Under the pieces are notes generated by a model. The model ran no database searches. It was not told where the DNA came from and was given only the letters and a program-made list of their open reading frames with translations. 29,656 bases of DNA from positions 1-29,656 of the forward strand of contig JBHHXT010000044.1 in assembly GCA_046757165.1 (NCBI GenBank), read 5' to 3'. This stretch comes from a bacterium (GTDB lineage: Bacteria > Zhuqueibacterota > Zhuqueibacteria > Oceanimicrobiales > Oceanimicrobiaceae). Shown one piece after another: positions 1 to 10,314 of this stretch; the stretch's first letter is position 1, and every line of letters starts with the position of its first letter. A program made the position numbers and the translations under genes.

Positions 1-2002
1 GACGTCACTCGAGCAACTCTGCATCAACACCATTCGCACCCTGGCCATCGACGCGATCCAAAAAGCAAACAGCGGGCACCCCGGGGCTCCGATGGCGCTG
101 GCGCCAGCGGCGTATGCCCTGTGGCTGAAGGTCATGCGTTTCAACCCCCGCAATCCCGACTGGTTCGATCGCGACCGGTTTGTGCTTTCCAACGGCCACG
201 CTTCCATGCTGCTTTACGCCATGCTGTACCTGACGGGCTACGAGCTCTCCCTGGATGACATCAAGAACTTCCGTCAGTGGGGCAGCCTCACGCCCGGTCA
301 TCCGGAAAGCCATCTCACGCCGGGCGTTGAAACCACCACCGGACCACTGGGCCAGGGGTTGATGAACGCCGTCGGCATGGCCATGGCCGAGGCGCATCTG
401 GCCGCCGTCTACAATCGCGACGGGCACAACATCGTCGACCACCACACCTACGTTTTCTGTGGCGACGGCGACCTGATGGAAGGCGCCTCACACGAAGCGG
501 CCTCTCTGGCAGGACATCTCGGTCTCGGCAAGCTCATTTGCCTGTATGATGACAACCACATCAGCATCGAAGGCGAAACCGAGATCACCTACACGGACCG
601 TGTGCAGCAGAGGTTCGAGGCCTATGGCTGGCACGTGCAGGACCTCGGCGAAAAGGCCAACGACGTGCGAGCGGTCACCGAGGCGTTCTTGCGGGCGCAA
701 GACGTCCCGCACCGTCCGTCCCTGCTCATCTTGCGCACGCATATTGGGTTTGGTTCACCCAACAAACAAGATACCCCAGGCGTGCACGGCTCTCCCCTGG
801 GGGAAGACGAGATCAAACTCACCAAACAAGCTTACGGCTGGTCACCGGAGGAAAGTTTTCACGTGTCCGAAGAGGTCCTGCATCACATGCGGCAGGCCGT
901 CGACCGGGGCCAGAAGGCAGAGAGTGACTGGCTGGAACGGTTCAACGCTTATCGCGCGACCTATCCCGAGCGGGCGGCCCGGTTTCAGGAGGCCGTGCGT
1001 GGCGAGCTGCCCACAGGATGGGATGCCGCCCTGCCCACATTCAAGCCAGAGGACGGGCCCCTCGCGACACGCTCTGCCTCGGGCAAGGTCATCAACGGTT
1101 TTGCCGAGCCCTTGCATTGGATGATAGGGGGCAGTGCGGACCTCGCTCCTTCTAACAACTCGCTGATGAAATGCTCGGGCTATTTCGCGAAAGGGAAGTA
1201 TGAAAACCGCAACATTGCGTGGGGCGTGCGCGAGCACACCATGTGCGCCACCTCTTCGGGCATGGCGCTGCACGGCGGCGTGCGCCCGTTCGCGGCCACT
1301 TTTTTTGTCTTCACCGACTACGCCCGGCCAGCGATTCGACTGGCAGCGCTGATGGGAACCCCGGTCATCTATGTCATGACGCACGATTCCATCGGACTCG
1401 GCGAAGATGGCCCGACGCACCAGCCCATCGAGCACCTGGCCTCGTTGCGCGCCATGCCGAATCTGTGCCTCATCCGGCCCGCGGACGCCAACGAAGTCGT
1501 GTACGCCTGGCGCGCAGCGCTGGAACGCACCTCCGGCCCAACCATGCTGGTGTTGACACGCCAGAAACTCCCGGTTCTGGACCGCAGCCAGACCGCGGCT
1601 GCGGAAGGGGTTTTGAAAGGTGCCTACGTTCTCGTCCAAGAGGAAGGCGCAGCGCCGGATGTCATCCTGATCGCTTCTGGTTCGGAAGTTGCGCTCGTGC
1701 TCACCGCCCGTGAACAGCTTACCGCAGACGGTGTGGATGTCCGGGTCGTCAGCATGCCGTGCTGGGAGCTCTTCGAACAACAGCCACAAAGCTACCGGGA
1801 CACCGTCCTGCCGCCGACGGTGAAAGCGCGTCTGGCGGTGGAAGCCGGCACCTCCCTGGGCTGGCACAAGTGGGTCGGCGACTCCGGTGTGATGCTGGGC
1901 ATCGACACCTTTGGCGCGAGTGCGCCATGCGAGGAGCTGTACAGGCAGTATGGCCTGACCGTCGAAAACGTGGTCAGCCAGGCAAAGAAGCTGCTCAGGT
2001 AA
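1..2002 (+). CDS. tkt: Transketolase (5' end lies outside the window)
   Basis: The frame is open from base 2 (TSLEQLCINTIRTLAIDAIQKANSGHPGAPM), so the ATG at 92 is internal. Motifs: SGHPG, RDRFVLSNGH, TPGHPE, TTGPLGQG, ThDP-binding GDGDLMEG...DDN, THDSIGLGEDGPTHQPIE. Confidence 0.97.
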   Translation, partial: TSLEQLCINTIRTLAIDAIQKANSGHPGAPMALAPAAYALWLKVMRFNPRNPDWFDRDRFVLSNGHASMLLYAMLYLTGYELSLDDIKNFRQWGSLTPGHPESHLTPGVETTTGPLGQGLMNAVGMAMAEAHLAAVYNRDGHNIVDHHTYVFCGDGDLMEGASHEAASLAGHLGLGKLICLYDDNHISIEGETEITYTDRVQQRFEAYGWHVQDLGEKANDVRAVTEAFLRAQDVPHRPSLLILRTHIGFGSPNKQDTPGVHGSPLGEDEIKLTKQAYGWSPEESFHVSEEVLHHMRQAVDRGQKAESDWLERFNAYRATYPERAARFQEAVRGELPTGWDAALPTFKPEDGPLATRSASGKVINGFAEPLHWMIGGSADLAPSNNSLMKCSGYFAKGKYENRNIAWGVREHTMCATSSGMALHGGVRPFAATFFVFTDYARPAIRLAALMGTPVIYVMTHDSIGLGEDGPTHQPIEHLASLRAMPNLCLIRPADANEVVYAWRAALERTSGPTMLVLTRQKLPVLDRSQTAAAEGVLKGAYVLVQEEGAAPDVILIASGSEVALVLTAREQLTADGVDVRVVSMPCWELFEQQPQSYRDTVLPPTVKARLAVEAGTSLGWHKWVGDSGVMLGIDTFGASAPCEELYRQYGLTVENVVSQAKKLLR

Positions 2003-2106
2003 TCCCGGCCCGGTCAGTCTCACAGGACCAGGCAGGGCAGCAGAGCTCACGTCTTCATTCGAAGAAACAGTGTCGTAACGAATCCGGAATAGATAGAAGG
2101 CATCGT

Positions 2107-2472
2107 ATGTCAGTGGAAGATGAAATCAAAACAAAGATTTTGTTCGATCAGCGCCCCTGGGGATTCTTCAAGCAGTACGCTCACAATCAGCAGTGTACGG
2201 TGAAGATCATCACGGTTGAAAGGGGTGGGATTCTGAGCTCGCAATCCCACGAGCACCGGGACGAGCTGTGGGTCGTTCTCGATGAAGGCCTGCAGGTGGA
2301 ATTGGACGGCAAAGTGCTCAATCCTGCTCCTGGCGAGGAAATCGTCATCCGAAGAGGGACGATTCACCGGCTGTCTTCAAAGTCCGGCACCGGGCGCGTC
2401 ATGGAAATCTCATTTGGTGAGTTTGACGAAGATGACATCATCAGGTATGATGATGTTTATGGACGCGCGTAA
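2107..2472 (+). CDS. Stand-alone cupin, mannose-6-phosphate isomerase type II C-terminal-like (121 aa)
   Basis: ATG at 2107 after AGAAGG. RPWG, LSSQSHEHRDELW, HRL and EISFGEFDEDDIIRYDDVYGR match the PMI cupin domain of ManC/AlgA. The ORF-track extension to 1759 overlaps tkt and is not real. Confidence 0.85.
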   Translation: MSVEDEIKTKILFDQRPWGFFKQYAHNQQCTVKIITVERGGILSSQSHEHRDELWVVLDEGLQVELDGKVLNPAPGEEIVIRRGTIHRLSSKSGTGRVMEISFGEFDEDDIIRYDDVYGRA

Positions 2473-2490
2473 TGTCCGGGAGAGAACGAG

Positions 2491-4203
2491 ATGGCATCGA
2501 CCCAGTATCTGACCAATCTTGCGCCATTCCAGGACAGACTTGATGCAGCCTTAGCGCAGCTCGCGAGTGGCAAGATCATCGAACGCATCTGGCAGCACAG
2601 CCACAGCGTCTGGTCGCCAGACCCCACCGAAATCGCCAACCGGCTCGGCTGGCTCCACAGCCCGGAAGCCATGCCTGAGCATTGCCATGAAATCCAGGAA
2701 TTTGTCGAGCAGGTCAAGGCGGCCGGTTATTGCCGGGCGCTTCTGCTGGGAATGGGCGGCTCGAGCCTGGCGCCGGAAGTTTTTCGTTTCACCTTTGGCG
2801 TGCAGGACGGTTTCCTCGATCTGGCCGTCCTGGACAGTACCGACCCTGGCGCGGTCCTGGCACAGGCCGAGGCGCTTGACCCGGACAGCACCCTTTTCCT
2901 CGTGTCCACAAAATCTGGCGGCACAATCGAAACGCTTTCCTTTTTCAAATATTTCTACACGCTGACGGCGGAGGCCGTCGGCCACGAACGCGCTGGCGCG
3001 CACTTTGTCGCGATTACCGACCCCGGCAGCGCTCTCGAAAAAATGGCGGCTGAGCTCGACTTTCGCAAGTGTTTCCTGAATGACCCAAACATCGGTGGCC
3101 GTTTTTCGGTGCTCTCTTACTTCGGTCTCGTGCCGGCCGCACTCATCGGGCTGGAGGTGCAGACGTTGCTTGAACGCGCCCGTGAGATGGCGCGCCTCTG
3201 CCGCCAGCCAGACCTCGAGCAGAACGAAGGCGCGCTTCTGGGTGCCGTGTTGGGCGAATTGGCGTTGGCCGGCCGCGACAAAATGACGATGGTCGCTTCG
3301 CCGCAAGTGCGCTTCTTCGGCGCCTGGGTCGAGCAGTTGATCGCCGAAAGCACGGGCAAGGCGGGCAAAGGCATCTTGCCCGTCGACCTGGAAGAGCCAG
3401 GGGCCCCGCAAGTTTACGGAGATGACCGGCTGTTTGTCTACTGGCATTTGCATGAAGATGCGACGTATGACCCGCAAGTCAGCGCGTTGCGTGCAGCCGG
3501 GTTCCCCGTGGTTCAAATCGAGCTGCGCGACCTTTATGATCTGGGGCGGGAGTTCTTCCGCTGGGAGATGGCCACCGCCGTCGCCTGCGAGCGCCTTGGC
3601 GTCAATCCGTTTGACCAGCCCAACGTCGAGTCCGCCAAAACGCTGGCCCGCAAGATGGTAAGCGAGTATCAAGAGAAAGGGGAGCTGCCAACCCAGACGC
3701 CCAATCTTGCCACCGGGGACCTGGAAGTCTACACCGATTTCGAAGCAGACGATCTCGCCGGGGCGCTGGCCACGTTCTTCGCGCCGGTCAGCACCGGCCG
3801 CGAGGGTCCGGTCCGCGCGTATGTCGCGATTCAAGCCTACGTGCAGCCGGCGCCTGAAACAGACAAAGCCTTGCAAGCTCTGCGGCACACGATTCGCGAC
3901 CGCTTACAGCTCGCCGTGACGGTTGGCTACGGCCCCCGCTTCCTGCACTCCACCGGCCAACTGCACAAAGGCGACTCCGGAAACGGGCTGTTCATTCAAA
4001 TCACCGCAGAGGTGGCAGACGATGCGCCGATTCCCGACCACCCGGGCAAGCCGGAATCGAGCATGACTTTCGGTGTGCTCGAGACCGCCCAGGCCCTGGG
4101 CGACGGCCGCGCCCTGCTCGCCGCGGGCCGGAAAGTGATGCGGCTGCACCTGAAGGGGAAGGTTGCTGATGGGTTGAAGCTGATAGCGGAAAGTATTGGC
4201 TGA
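2491..4203 (+). CDS. pgi: Glucose-6-phosphate isomerase, of the type forming the Pgi half of Tal/Pgi fusions
   Basis: LLGMGGSSLAPE, STKSGGTIET, AITDPGS, IGGRFSVLS, EQLIAESTGK, NPFDQPNVESAK, GPRFLHSTGQLHKG. Confidence 0.9.
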   Translation: MASTQYLTNLAPFQDRLDAALAQLASGKIIERIWQHSHSVWSPDPTEIANRLGWLHSPEAMPEHCHEIQEFVEQVKAAGYCRALLLGMGGSSLAPEVFRFTFGVQDGFLDLAVLDSTDPGAVLAQAEALDPDSTLFLVSTKSGGTIETLSFFKYFYTLTAEAVGHERAGAHFVAITDPGSALEKMAAELDFRKCFLNDPNIGGRFSVLSYFGLVPAALIGLEVQTLLERAREMARLCRQPDLEQNEGALLGAVLGELALAGRDKMTMVASPQVRFFGAWVEQLIAESTGKAGKGILPVDLEEPGAPQVYGDDRLFVYWHLHEDATYDPQVSALRAAGFPVVQIELRDLYDLGREFFRWEMATAVACERLGVNPFDQPNVESAKTLARKMVSEYQEKGELPTQTPNLATGDLEVYTDFEADDLAGALATFFAPVSTGREGPVRAYVAIQAYVQPAPETDKALQALRHTIRDRLQLAVTVGYGPRFLHSTGQLHKGDSGNGLFIQITAEVADDAPIPDHPGKPESSMTFGVLETAQALGDGRALLAAGRKVMRLHLKGKVADGLKLIAESIG

Positions 4204-4290
4204 TGCTGGTTTGGTGTTCACGCTTTAGCGTGTTTCCCCCTCACCCCAGCAAGCTGAAGCTTGAACACCGGCCCCACCCCAATCGCGAGT

Positions 4291-5295
4291 TCACCGCCTG
4301 CCCTGAACAAACGCCTCAGCTGCCTTCACGTCTTCCAGGCTGCCGATGATCAGGGGCGTGCGCTGGTGAATGGCCTCCGGTTTTTTTTCGAGGATTCTTT
4401 GCTGGCCATCGCTGGCCGCCCCGCCGGCTCTCTCTACGATCAAGGCCAGGGGGTTCGCCTCGTACATCAGGCGCAGCTTGCCGTTGGGATTCTTCTTGTC
4501 ACCGGGATAGAGGAAGATGCCGCCGTAGAGTAAATTTCGATGGAAATCCGCGACGAGGGAGCCTATGTAGCGCGCCGAGTAGGGCCGGTGGGTTGCTTCG
4601 TCCACTTGTTTGATGTAGTCGATATACCGTCGCGTGCCCTCCTGCCAGCGCGCGGAGTTGCCTTCGTTAGTCGAGTAGATCTTGCCTCGCTTTGGAATTT
4701 TGATATTCGGATTGGAGAGCAGAAACTCGCCGATGCTTGGGTCATAGGTGAAGCCATGCACGCCATTGCCCGTGGTGAACACCAGCATGGTCGAGGAGCC
4801 GTAGATGACGTAGCCTGCTGCGATTTGGTGGATTCCGGGCTGGAGGCAATCCTCGCGCGTGCCGCGCGTGCTGTCCGACACTTTGCGGTAGATTGAAAAA
4901 ATAGTGCCGATGCTGACATTGGCATCGATATTGGAAGAACCGTCGAGCGGATCATACATCAAAACATAGTTGCCGCATTCAAACCTCTCCGGGATCGGGA
5001 TGATATCCTCCCGCTCCTCCGAGGCCATGACGCACAAACGGCCAGTGTGGTCCATGGCCCGAAAGATGACGGAATCCGCAAATTCGTCCAGTTTTTGAAC
5101 CTCCTCGCCGTGAACATTCTTGGTGCCGGTGTACCCGAGGACATCCACCAGACCTGCCTTGTTCACCTCGCGGGCAATGACTTTGGCAGCAAACGCAATG
5201 TCATAGAGCAGGGCTGAAAACGCGCCTGTGGCTTCAGGGAACCTTTCCTGGGTGTGCATGATGTGGCGTTCAATGGTAACCAGTTTTGAGCTCAT
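4291..5295 (-). CDS. fbp: Class I fructose-1,6-bisphosphatase
   Basis: Start [11 protein letters not shown] at 5295 with a GAGGAG RBS. Motifs: [65 protein letters not shown]. Confidence 0.96.
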   Translation of the reverse strand: MSSKLVTIERHIMHTQERFPEATGAFSALLYDIAFAAKVIAREVNKAGLVDVLGYTGTKNVHGEEVQKLDEFADSVIFRAMDHTGRLCVMASEEREDIIPIPERFECGNYVLMYDPLDGSSNIDANVSIGTIFSIYRKVSDSTRGTREDCLQPGIHQIAAGYVIYGSSTMLVFTTGNGVHGFTYDPSIGEFLLSNPNIKIPKRGKIYSTNEGNSARWQEGTRRYIDYIKQVDEATHRPYSARYIGSLVADFHRNLLYGGIFLYPGDKKNPNGKLRLMYEANPLALIVERAGGAASDGQQRILEKKPEAIHQRTPLIIGSLEDVKAAEAFVQGRR

Positions 5296-5445
5296 CTCGT
5301 GGCTCCTCGTCGGGTTTGAGGTGGGAATGTCGGTGATTTTTGATAAAGGTGTATACCCGCCGTCGTTCCTGGATGCAGAAAGTGCGGCCTGGTTTCGGCA
5401 TGACAAGCTTCTGATATCAAGTGAGCGGTGTGCTGTTCTCGTAGA

Positions 5446-5473
5446 AATGTAACAGTCACAGAAAAAAAATCAA
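5446..5473 (-). promoter_or_regulatory. Possible sigma70 promoter of fbp
   Basis: Minus-strand TTGATT-N16-TACATT about 150 nt upstream of the start; matched by eye only. Confidence 0.3.
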
Positions 5474-5572
5474 GAGAAAAGACGCGAATTTAATATTGAC
5501 AGATATGCGACGTACTCACCGCTCCCCACGCTGGGGGACAACATGTTTCACGTTTGACAAACTGCAACCAAC

Positions 5573-6739
5573 TCATGCCGCCCGCAGTGCCTTCACAACC
5601 GGCATACGCGCCGCCCGAACCGCCGGCGCAAAGCCACCAACCACGCCCATCAGCACGGAAAACACCAGGGCCTCGATGACGATGCCGGGTGAAAGCTGAA
5701 ATCCAAAAACCACCTCTGAAAAAGTCGCCCAGTTGGTCGTGGAGACATCGACAAACTGTAAGAATGACGCAAAGAAGAGGCCCAGTGCCCCGCCGATGAG
5801 GGAAAGCAGGACGCATTCGATCAAGAATGAGGTCAAAATGTTTCTGCGCCTGAATCCAAGCGCACGCAGCGTGCCGATTTCCCGCGCGCGATTGGCAACG
5901 GCCGAGTACATGGTGATCACCGCGCCAACCATGGCGCCAAAGCTGAATATGATGGTGACCGTCAACCCCAAGATCTTGATAAACAGGCTCAGATTCTGCG
6001 ACTGCTCCTCATAAAAAAGTATCTCCGGCTTCACGTCTACCGTCAGTTTTGGGTCGTGCTCCACGCGGGCTTTCATCTCTTCGAATTTTTCGGATTCCTG
6101 CATTTTCATCGTCAGGGAGGAAAAGACCGGGCGGCGAAAGGCATCCATAAACTGTTCGACGTCTCCCCAGATTTCAGAATCGAAGCTGGAACCGCCGGCG
6201 TCGAAAATGCCCACCACCGTCCAGTTGCGCATGCCCATCTTGACCGATTCCCCCAGCCCACATCCGTTGAATTTCTCGGACACGCCCCGGCCGGCGATGA
6301 TCTCGGAAGTTCCGGGCTGCCACATTCTCCCCGCCACCAGCTTTACCTTATTGCGCAGCGTCAGCGACTCTTTGGAGACGCCCCGCACTACGACGTTGGA
6401 CGGCTGACCGTCAGAGCGCCGGGGCAGGTTGTTGATCACAACGAGCTCGCCGGCGACCAGTGGCGTGCCGTCCGGCAGGGAGGCTGCCTCCGGCAACGAC
6501 TTCAAAATGTTTGTCTGAGTGCGCGGAATGCCGCTCGTGAGCTCCGCGTTCGAGCCCTTTCGCAAGAAGATGACGTTGCTAGACTCCCCTGTGCTCACAA
6601 GGGTCTTGTAAAACCCTTCGGCCAGCATCAAGACGGCGGTGAACACAAAGACCACCAACCCGATGCCCAGCACGGTGAGTGTTGTGGTGAGTTTTCTGGC
6701 AACCAGGTTTCTCAGGTTGTAGACTACCGGTATCTTCAT
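5573..6739 (-). CDS. ABC transporter permease, MacB/FtsX family
   Basis: N-terminal TM helix, periplasmic MacB_PCD-like domain, three C-terminal TM helices with REIGTLRALGF and APAVRAAR...ALRAA. Confidence 0.93.
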   Translation of the reverse strand: MKIPVVYNLRNLVARKLTTTLTVLGIGLVVFVFTAVLMLAEGFYKTLVSTGESSNVIFLRKGSNAELTSGIPRTQTNILKSLPEAASLPDGTPLVAGELVVINNLPRRSDGQPSNVVVRGVSKESLTLRNKVKLVAGRMWQPGTSEIIAGRGVSEKFNGCGLGESVKMGMRNWTVVGIFDAGGSSFDSEIWGDVEQFMDAFRRPVFSSLTMKMQESEKFEEMKARVEHDPKLTVDVKPEILFYEEQSQNLSLFIKILGLTVTIIFSFGAMVGAVITMYSAVANRAREIGTLRALGFRRRNILTSFLIECVLLSLIGGALGLFFASFLQFVDVSTTNWATFSEVVFGFQLSPGIVIEALVFSVLMGVVGGFAPAVRAARMPVVKALRAA

Positions 6740-6784
6740 CAGTATTCTCTTTTGAATCTTAAGTTGTCATTTTCCATTTTGCTG

Positions 6785-7954
6785 TTAGCCGATCCGTCTC
6801 AAGCCGTCGGCAATGTTCAGGCGCACGGCTTGCCAGGCCGGGAACAGGGCAGCGACAAGTCCCACCGTGATGGAGGCCGTGGCAGCAAGCGCGAGCGTTT
6901 TGGGCGAAAGCTCGAAGACCGGAAAGAAGCTGCCCAGGTTTTCCGTCAGGAAAGCCGCAAAGCCTCGAATGATGGGCAACGTCACCAGAATGCCAAGCGT
7001 TCCGCCCAGAAGCGCGATGGCGGTGGACTCTCCGAAGATGAGAGCGATCAGATGCTTTGGCTGGAACCCGAGCGTCTTCATCACGGCATACTCTGAAATC
7101 CGCTCGCGTGCGGTCATCACCATCGTGTTGGCCAGCACCAGCAAAATGATGGCGATAACGACCACGGAAATGATGCGAACTGCTGTGATGACGGTGCCGA
7201 CCATGGCAATGAAGCTGAGTTGAAACTCCTTTTCCGTCTCGGTCTTGGTCTCGGCGAGAGAGTTGTCGAACAGGGCATCGATCTCCTGTGAGATCCGAAC
7301 CACCTGGCTCTCATCTTCAACTCCGACATAAAACATGCCAATCCGTCCTGTTCTGCCGGGCGCCGTCAACCCCAGGCTCTCATCGAGATATTTCCAGTGA
7401 AAATACATGGTCGACTCGTCGGTGGCAGGGTCCCGGCCGTCATAAATCCCGCGTATCACGAACTCCCAGTTGCCGGGGAAGATGGTGCCGATGAGCGTGA
7501 TGGATGAGCCGAGCTCCCACTTGTTCTTTTCTGCCAGCTTCCTGCCGACGATACATGAATTCCGTTCCCGCAAGAAGTTCTGCTTTTCTTCCCCGGTCAA
7601 CATCAGTTCAGGATACAGCTCGAGAAAGCTCTCCGGCTCGATTGCAAACTGGGCGAAGAAGTGTTTCTGATCGATGTAAGTACCACCAAACCAGTTCCCG
7701 TATGAGACCGTGGTGACACCAGGAATCCTGGCGATTTTCTCCCGATAGGCCAGGGGCAAAGGAAACGTCAGCGAAACCGCGTTGCGGGTCATCAGTCTTG
7801 TATTCGAAGACGCCTCCACGCCCATAAAATAGGCATCGATGATCGTGCTCAGCAGAGCAAAAGCAATCACGGCGATGGCGATGCCAATCGCTGTCAGAAA
7901 GGTGCGCAGTTTGTGGCGCAAACCGTTTTTGACCACCAGCTTTAGAATTTTCAT
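6785..7954 (-). CDS. ABC transporter permease, MacB/FtsX family
   Basis: [10 protein letters not shown]-terminus, [31 protein letters not shown]; 4-bp overlap with the ATPase stop. Confidence 0.93.
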   Translation of the reverse strand: MKILKLVVKNGLRHKLRTFLTAIGIAIAVIAFALLSTIIDAYFMGVEASSNTRLMTRNAVSLTFPLPLAYREKIARIPGVTTVSYGNWFGGTYIDQKHFFAQFAIEPESFLELYPELMLTGEEKQNFLRERNSCIVGRKLAEKNKWELGSSITLIGTIFPGNWEFVIRGIYDGRDPATDESTMYFHWKYLDESLGLTAPGRTGRIGMFYVGVEDESQVVRISQEIDALFDNSLAETKTETEKEFQLSFIAMVGTVITAVRIISVVVIAIILLVLANTMVMTARERISEYAVMKTLGFQPKHLIALIFGESTAIALLGGTLGILVTLPIIRGFAAFLTENLGSFFPVFELSPKTLALAATASITVGLVAALFPAWQAVRLNIADGLRRIG

Positions 7955-8643
7955 CTCTTCGCCTCCAGCTCATCGAGCAAGCCTTTATCCAGGTGGCGGG
8001 CGACATGCGCCTTCTCGGCCGCGCGCGGGTCGTGGGTCACCAGAATGATGGTCTTGTTGAATTCAGAATTCAGGCGAGCCAGCAAGGTCAGAATCTCTTC
8101 GGCGGAATCCTTGTCCAGATCGCCGGTGGGCTCGTCTGCCACGATGATTGTCGGGTCGGTGACCACTGCCCGGGCAATCGCCACACGTTGCTCCTGCCCA
8201 CCCGAAAGCTGGTTCGGGTAATGTTTCATCCGGTCCTGCAGCCCGACGATTTCCAGGGCGGTTTCTACGTGTTTTTTACGCTCTTTCTTGCTGAGTTTGG
8301 TCAGGAGCAGCGGCAGCTCGACATTCTCGAACGCAGTCAGCACGGGCATCAAATTGTAGAATTGAAAAACAAATCCCACATGTCTGGCGCGCCAGCTGGC
8401 CAACTGCGACTCCGACAACCGTGTGATATCCGTGCCATTGACGACCACGGTGCCAGCGTCGGGTTTGTCGATGCCCGCGATGAGATTGAGCAATGTTGTC
8501 TTGCCGGAACCGGAAGGTCCCATCAACCCCAGAAACTCCCCTTCCGGAACAGACAACGTAATGCCGTTCAACACCGGCACTTTCTGATTTCCCCGCCAGT
8601 AGGATTTGGAAATGTTTTGAATGTCAACCAGAACGTTTGACAT
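7951..8643 (-). CDS. ABC transporter ATP-binding protein, LolD/MacB-type
   Basis: Start MSNVLVDIQ at 8643 after GGAGGGAG. Walker A GPSGSGKT, signature LSGGQEQR, Walker [14 protein letters not shown]-loop VTHD. Confidence 0.96.
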   Translation of the reverse strand: MSNVLVDIQNISKSYWRGNQKVPVLNGITLSVPEGEFLGLMGPSGSGKTTLLNLIAGIDKPDAGTVVVNGTDITRLSESQLASWRARHVGFVFQFYNLMPVLTAFENVELPLLLTKLSKKERKKHVETALEIVGLQDRMKHYPNQLSGGQEQRVAIARAVVTDPTIIVADEPTGDLDKDSAEEILTLLARLNSEFNKTIILVTHDPRAAEKAHVARHLDKGLLDELEAKR

Positions 8644-8750
8644 GCGCTCCCTCCATTTTGTTGATGTTGGCGTGATCGGCGATAAGATTGTTTCGGCAAA
8701 GACGGGTCCGCAAGGACATGGCGACGATCTTGTTTTCTTCAAATCCAGAG

Positions 8751-9989
8751 CTACTCGACGCGTATCTCAGTCCCGGTTTCAAGACCGTTCGAGGGGTTGA
8801 TGATAACCTTGTCATCCGCGGTGAGCCCGCTGATGATTTCAATTTGCCCGGCAGTTTTTCTGCCGGTTTGCACCGGTGTCTCGGCCACCTTGCTCCCCAT
8901 TACGACAAACACGACCGGTCTGCCCCCTCTTTGCACAACAGCGCTCTCAGGCACAGCATTGAACGGTTGCGTCGAGTGGTCATTTGCGGATGTTTCTGAC
9001 AGAAAGTTCACCTTGGCGCTCATCTCCGGCAGCACCCTGTCGTCGCGCTCCTTGAAACGAATTTTCGTCAAAACCGTGGCCTTGGCGCGGTCCGCGGTCG
9101 GCACAATTTTGTGAACATAGCCGGGATAGCGTACCTCCGGGAAGGCATCTATGATGATCTCACAGCTCTGCCCGACCTTGACACGCTGTATATTCGATTC
9201 CGACACATCGGCTTCGACCTCCAGCGAATTCATATCAGCAAGGGTCACCACGGCACCACGGGAATTGGCAGAGGCCGCAAACGGCGCCACCATTTCACCG
9301 ATGTCCGCATTTTTTGTCAACACCGTGCCGTCAAATGGCGCCCGTATCCTGGTGTTCTCAACCTCCACCTCGGCCGATACCACCGCTGCCTCTGACAGCG
9401 CTACCTGCGCCCGGGCCGCAGCCACTGCCGCGTCACGACTCTTGAAACGCGCCTGGGCGATGTCGTATTCAGATTGTGAAATCAGGCCTTTCTTCAGAAG
9501 GTTTTGCTGGCGTTGATGGTTCAGTTGGGCTTCATCGCGCTCGGCTTCGGCTTGCTGGAGCGTTGCCCGTGCCATCTCCAGAGTCGCCCGTGCTTGCGCC
9601 AATGCGGCATCGACATCTTCGTGCTCGAGCCGCGCGATAATCTCTCCCTTCTTGACCCTGTCACCCTCTTCGACGCCCAAAAACTCCAGTTGTCCCGTGC
9701 CTTTTGAGGCGATGGCAGCCTGTCTCTGTGCGACAACATAGCCAGTCGCGGTCAAAATGGCAGCCAGCTGCGCCGGATAGACTTTTGTCACTTGTGCGAC
9801 CTGCACCGCCGGTGATGATTCCGGAATTCTGCTCATGATATAGATCGCGAAAAATACAAGAATCGCAAAAACGGCGCCGGTCCGGATAAGCCTGTCCCGC
9901 AAGTGGGAAGGGCTGTTGGAACTGCCTTCATTATCGCGACGAATTCTCAGCGCAGACAAATCAGCGCGGTCCGCTCTTTTTTCCGACAT
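8751..9989 (-). CDS. Efflux periplasmic adaptor (membrane fusion protein, MacA-like)
   Basis: Likely start MSEKRADRADLSALRI at 9989. TM anchor, lipoyl halves (GVEEGDRVKKGEIIARL; IRAPFDGTV), long coiled hairpin, LEVEADVSESNI. Confidence 0.92.
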   Translation of the reverse strand: MSEKRADRADLSALRIRRDNEGSSNSPSHLRDRLIRTGAVFAILVFFAIYIMSRIPESSPAVQVAQVTKVYPAQLAAILTATGYVVAQRQAAIASKGTGQLEFLGVEEGDRVKKGEIIARLEHEDVDAALAQARATLEMARATLQQAEAERDEAQLNHQRQQNLLKKGLISQSEYDIAQARFKSRDAAVAAARAQVALSEAAVVSAEVEVENTRIRAPFDGTVLTKNADIGEMVAPFAASANSRGAVVTLADMNSLEVEADVSESNIQRVKVGQSCEIIIDAFPEVRYPGYVHKIVPTADRAKATVLTKIRFKERDDRVLPEMSAKVNFLSETSANDHSTQPFNAVPESAVVQRGGRPVVFVVMGSKVAETPVQTGRKTAGQIEIISGLTADDKVIINPSNGLETGTEIRVE

Positions 9990-10041
9990 CCTACCTGTCT
10001 CATTATGTTCTGAAGGGACGACCTCGTATTCTACGAGCGTG

Positions 10042-10070
10042 AATATAGAGAGAACGGAAAACAAAGTCAA
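10042..10070 (-). promoter_or_regulatory. Sigma70-type promoter of the exporter operon
   Basis: Minus-strand TTGACT (10070-10065), 17-nt spacer, TATATT (10047-10042), about 50 nt upstream of the ATG at 9989. Confidence 0.6.
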
Positions 10071-10314
10071 GCAAAAGCACCCCCCTGAAACTCCCCTCAC
10101 GGGGCACTGCTTATGATGAAATTAACGTCGGTTCGCACCAGGAGTTTGGTGAAATCGACAGATGGTGTCAAAACGGCGATGAACCTCCGAATTTCGTGGA
10201 TGAATGGTGCACAGGAAACCTGCGGCTACCAAATGGAGTATAGCCTATGTATTCACCATCACCGGAATAGAAGCCACACGCTTGCAGTCTTTCGTCTTAG
10301 GAGCAACCGGCGCT

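Noticed and set aside
842..2050. 402-aa antisense ORF, and similar ones at 2551-3888, 6056-7096, 18542-19315, 20335-21084, 23620-24348, 25057-26280
   Set aside because: Shadow frames opposite well-supported genes. High GC3 suppresses antisense stop codons, and no protein motifs are recognisable.
1759..2106. N-terminal extension of the cupin ORF
   Set aside because: Overlaps tkt in another frame; the RBS and recognisable domain begin at 2107.
1..5295. Calvin-cycle (cbb) cluster suggested by tkt + fbp
   Set aside because: No RuBisCO, phosphoribulokinase or CbbR gene, and fbp is convergent; consistent with pentose-phosphate/gluconeogenesis genes.
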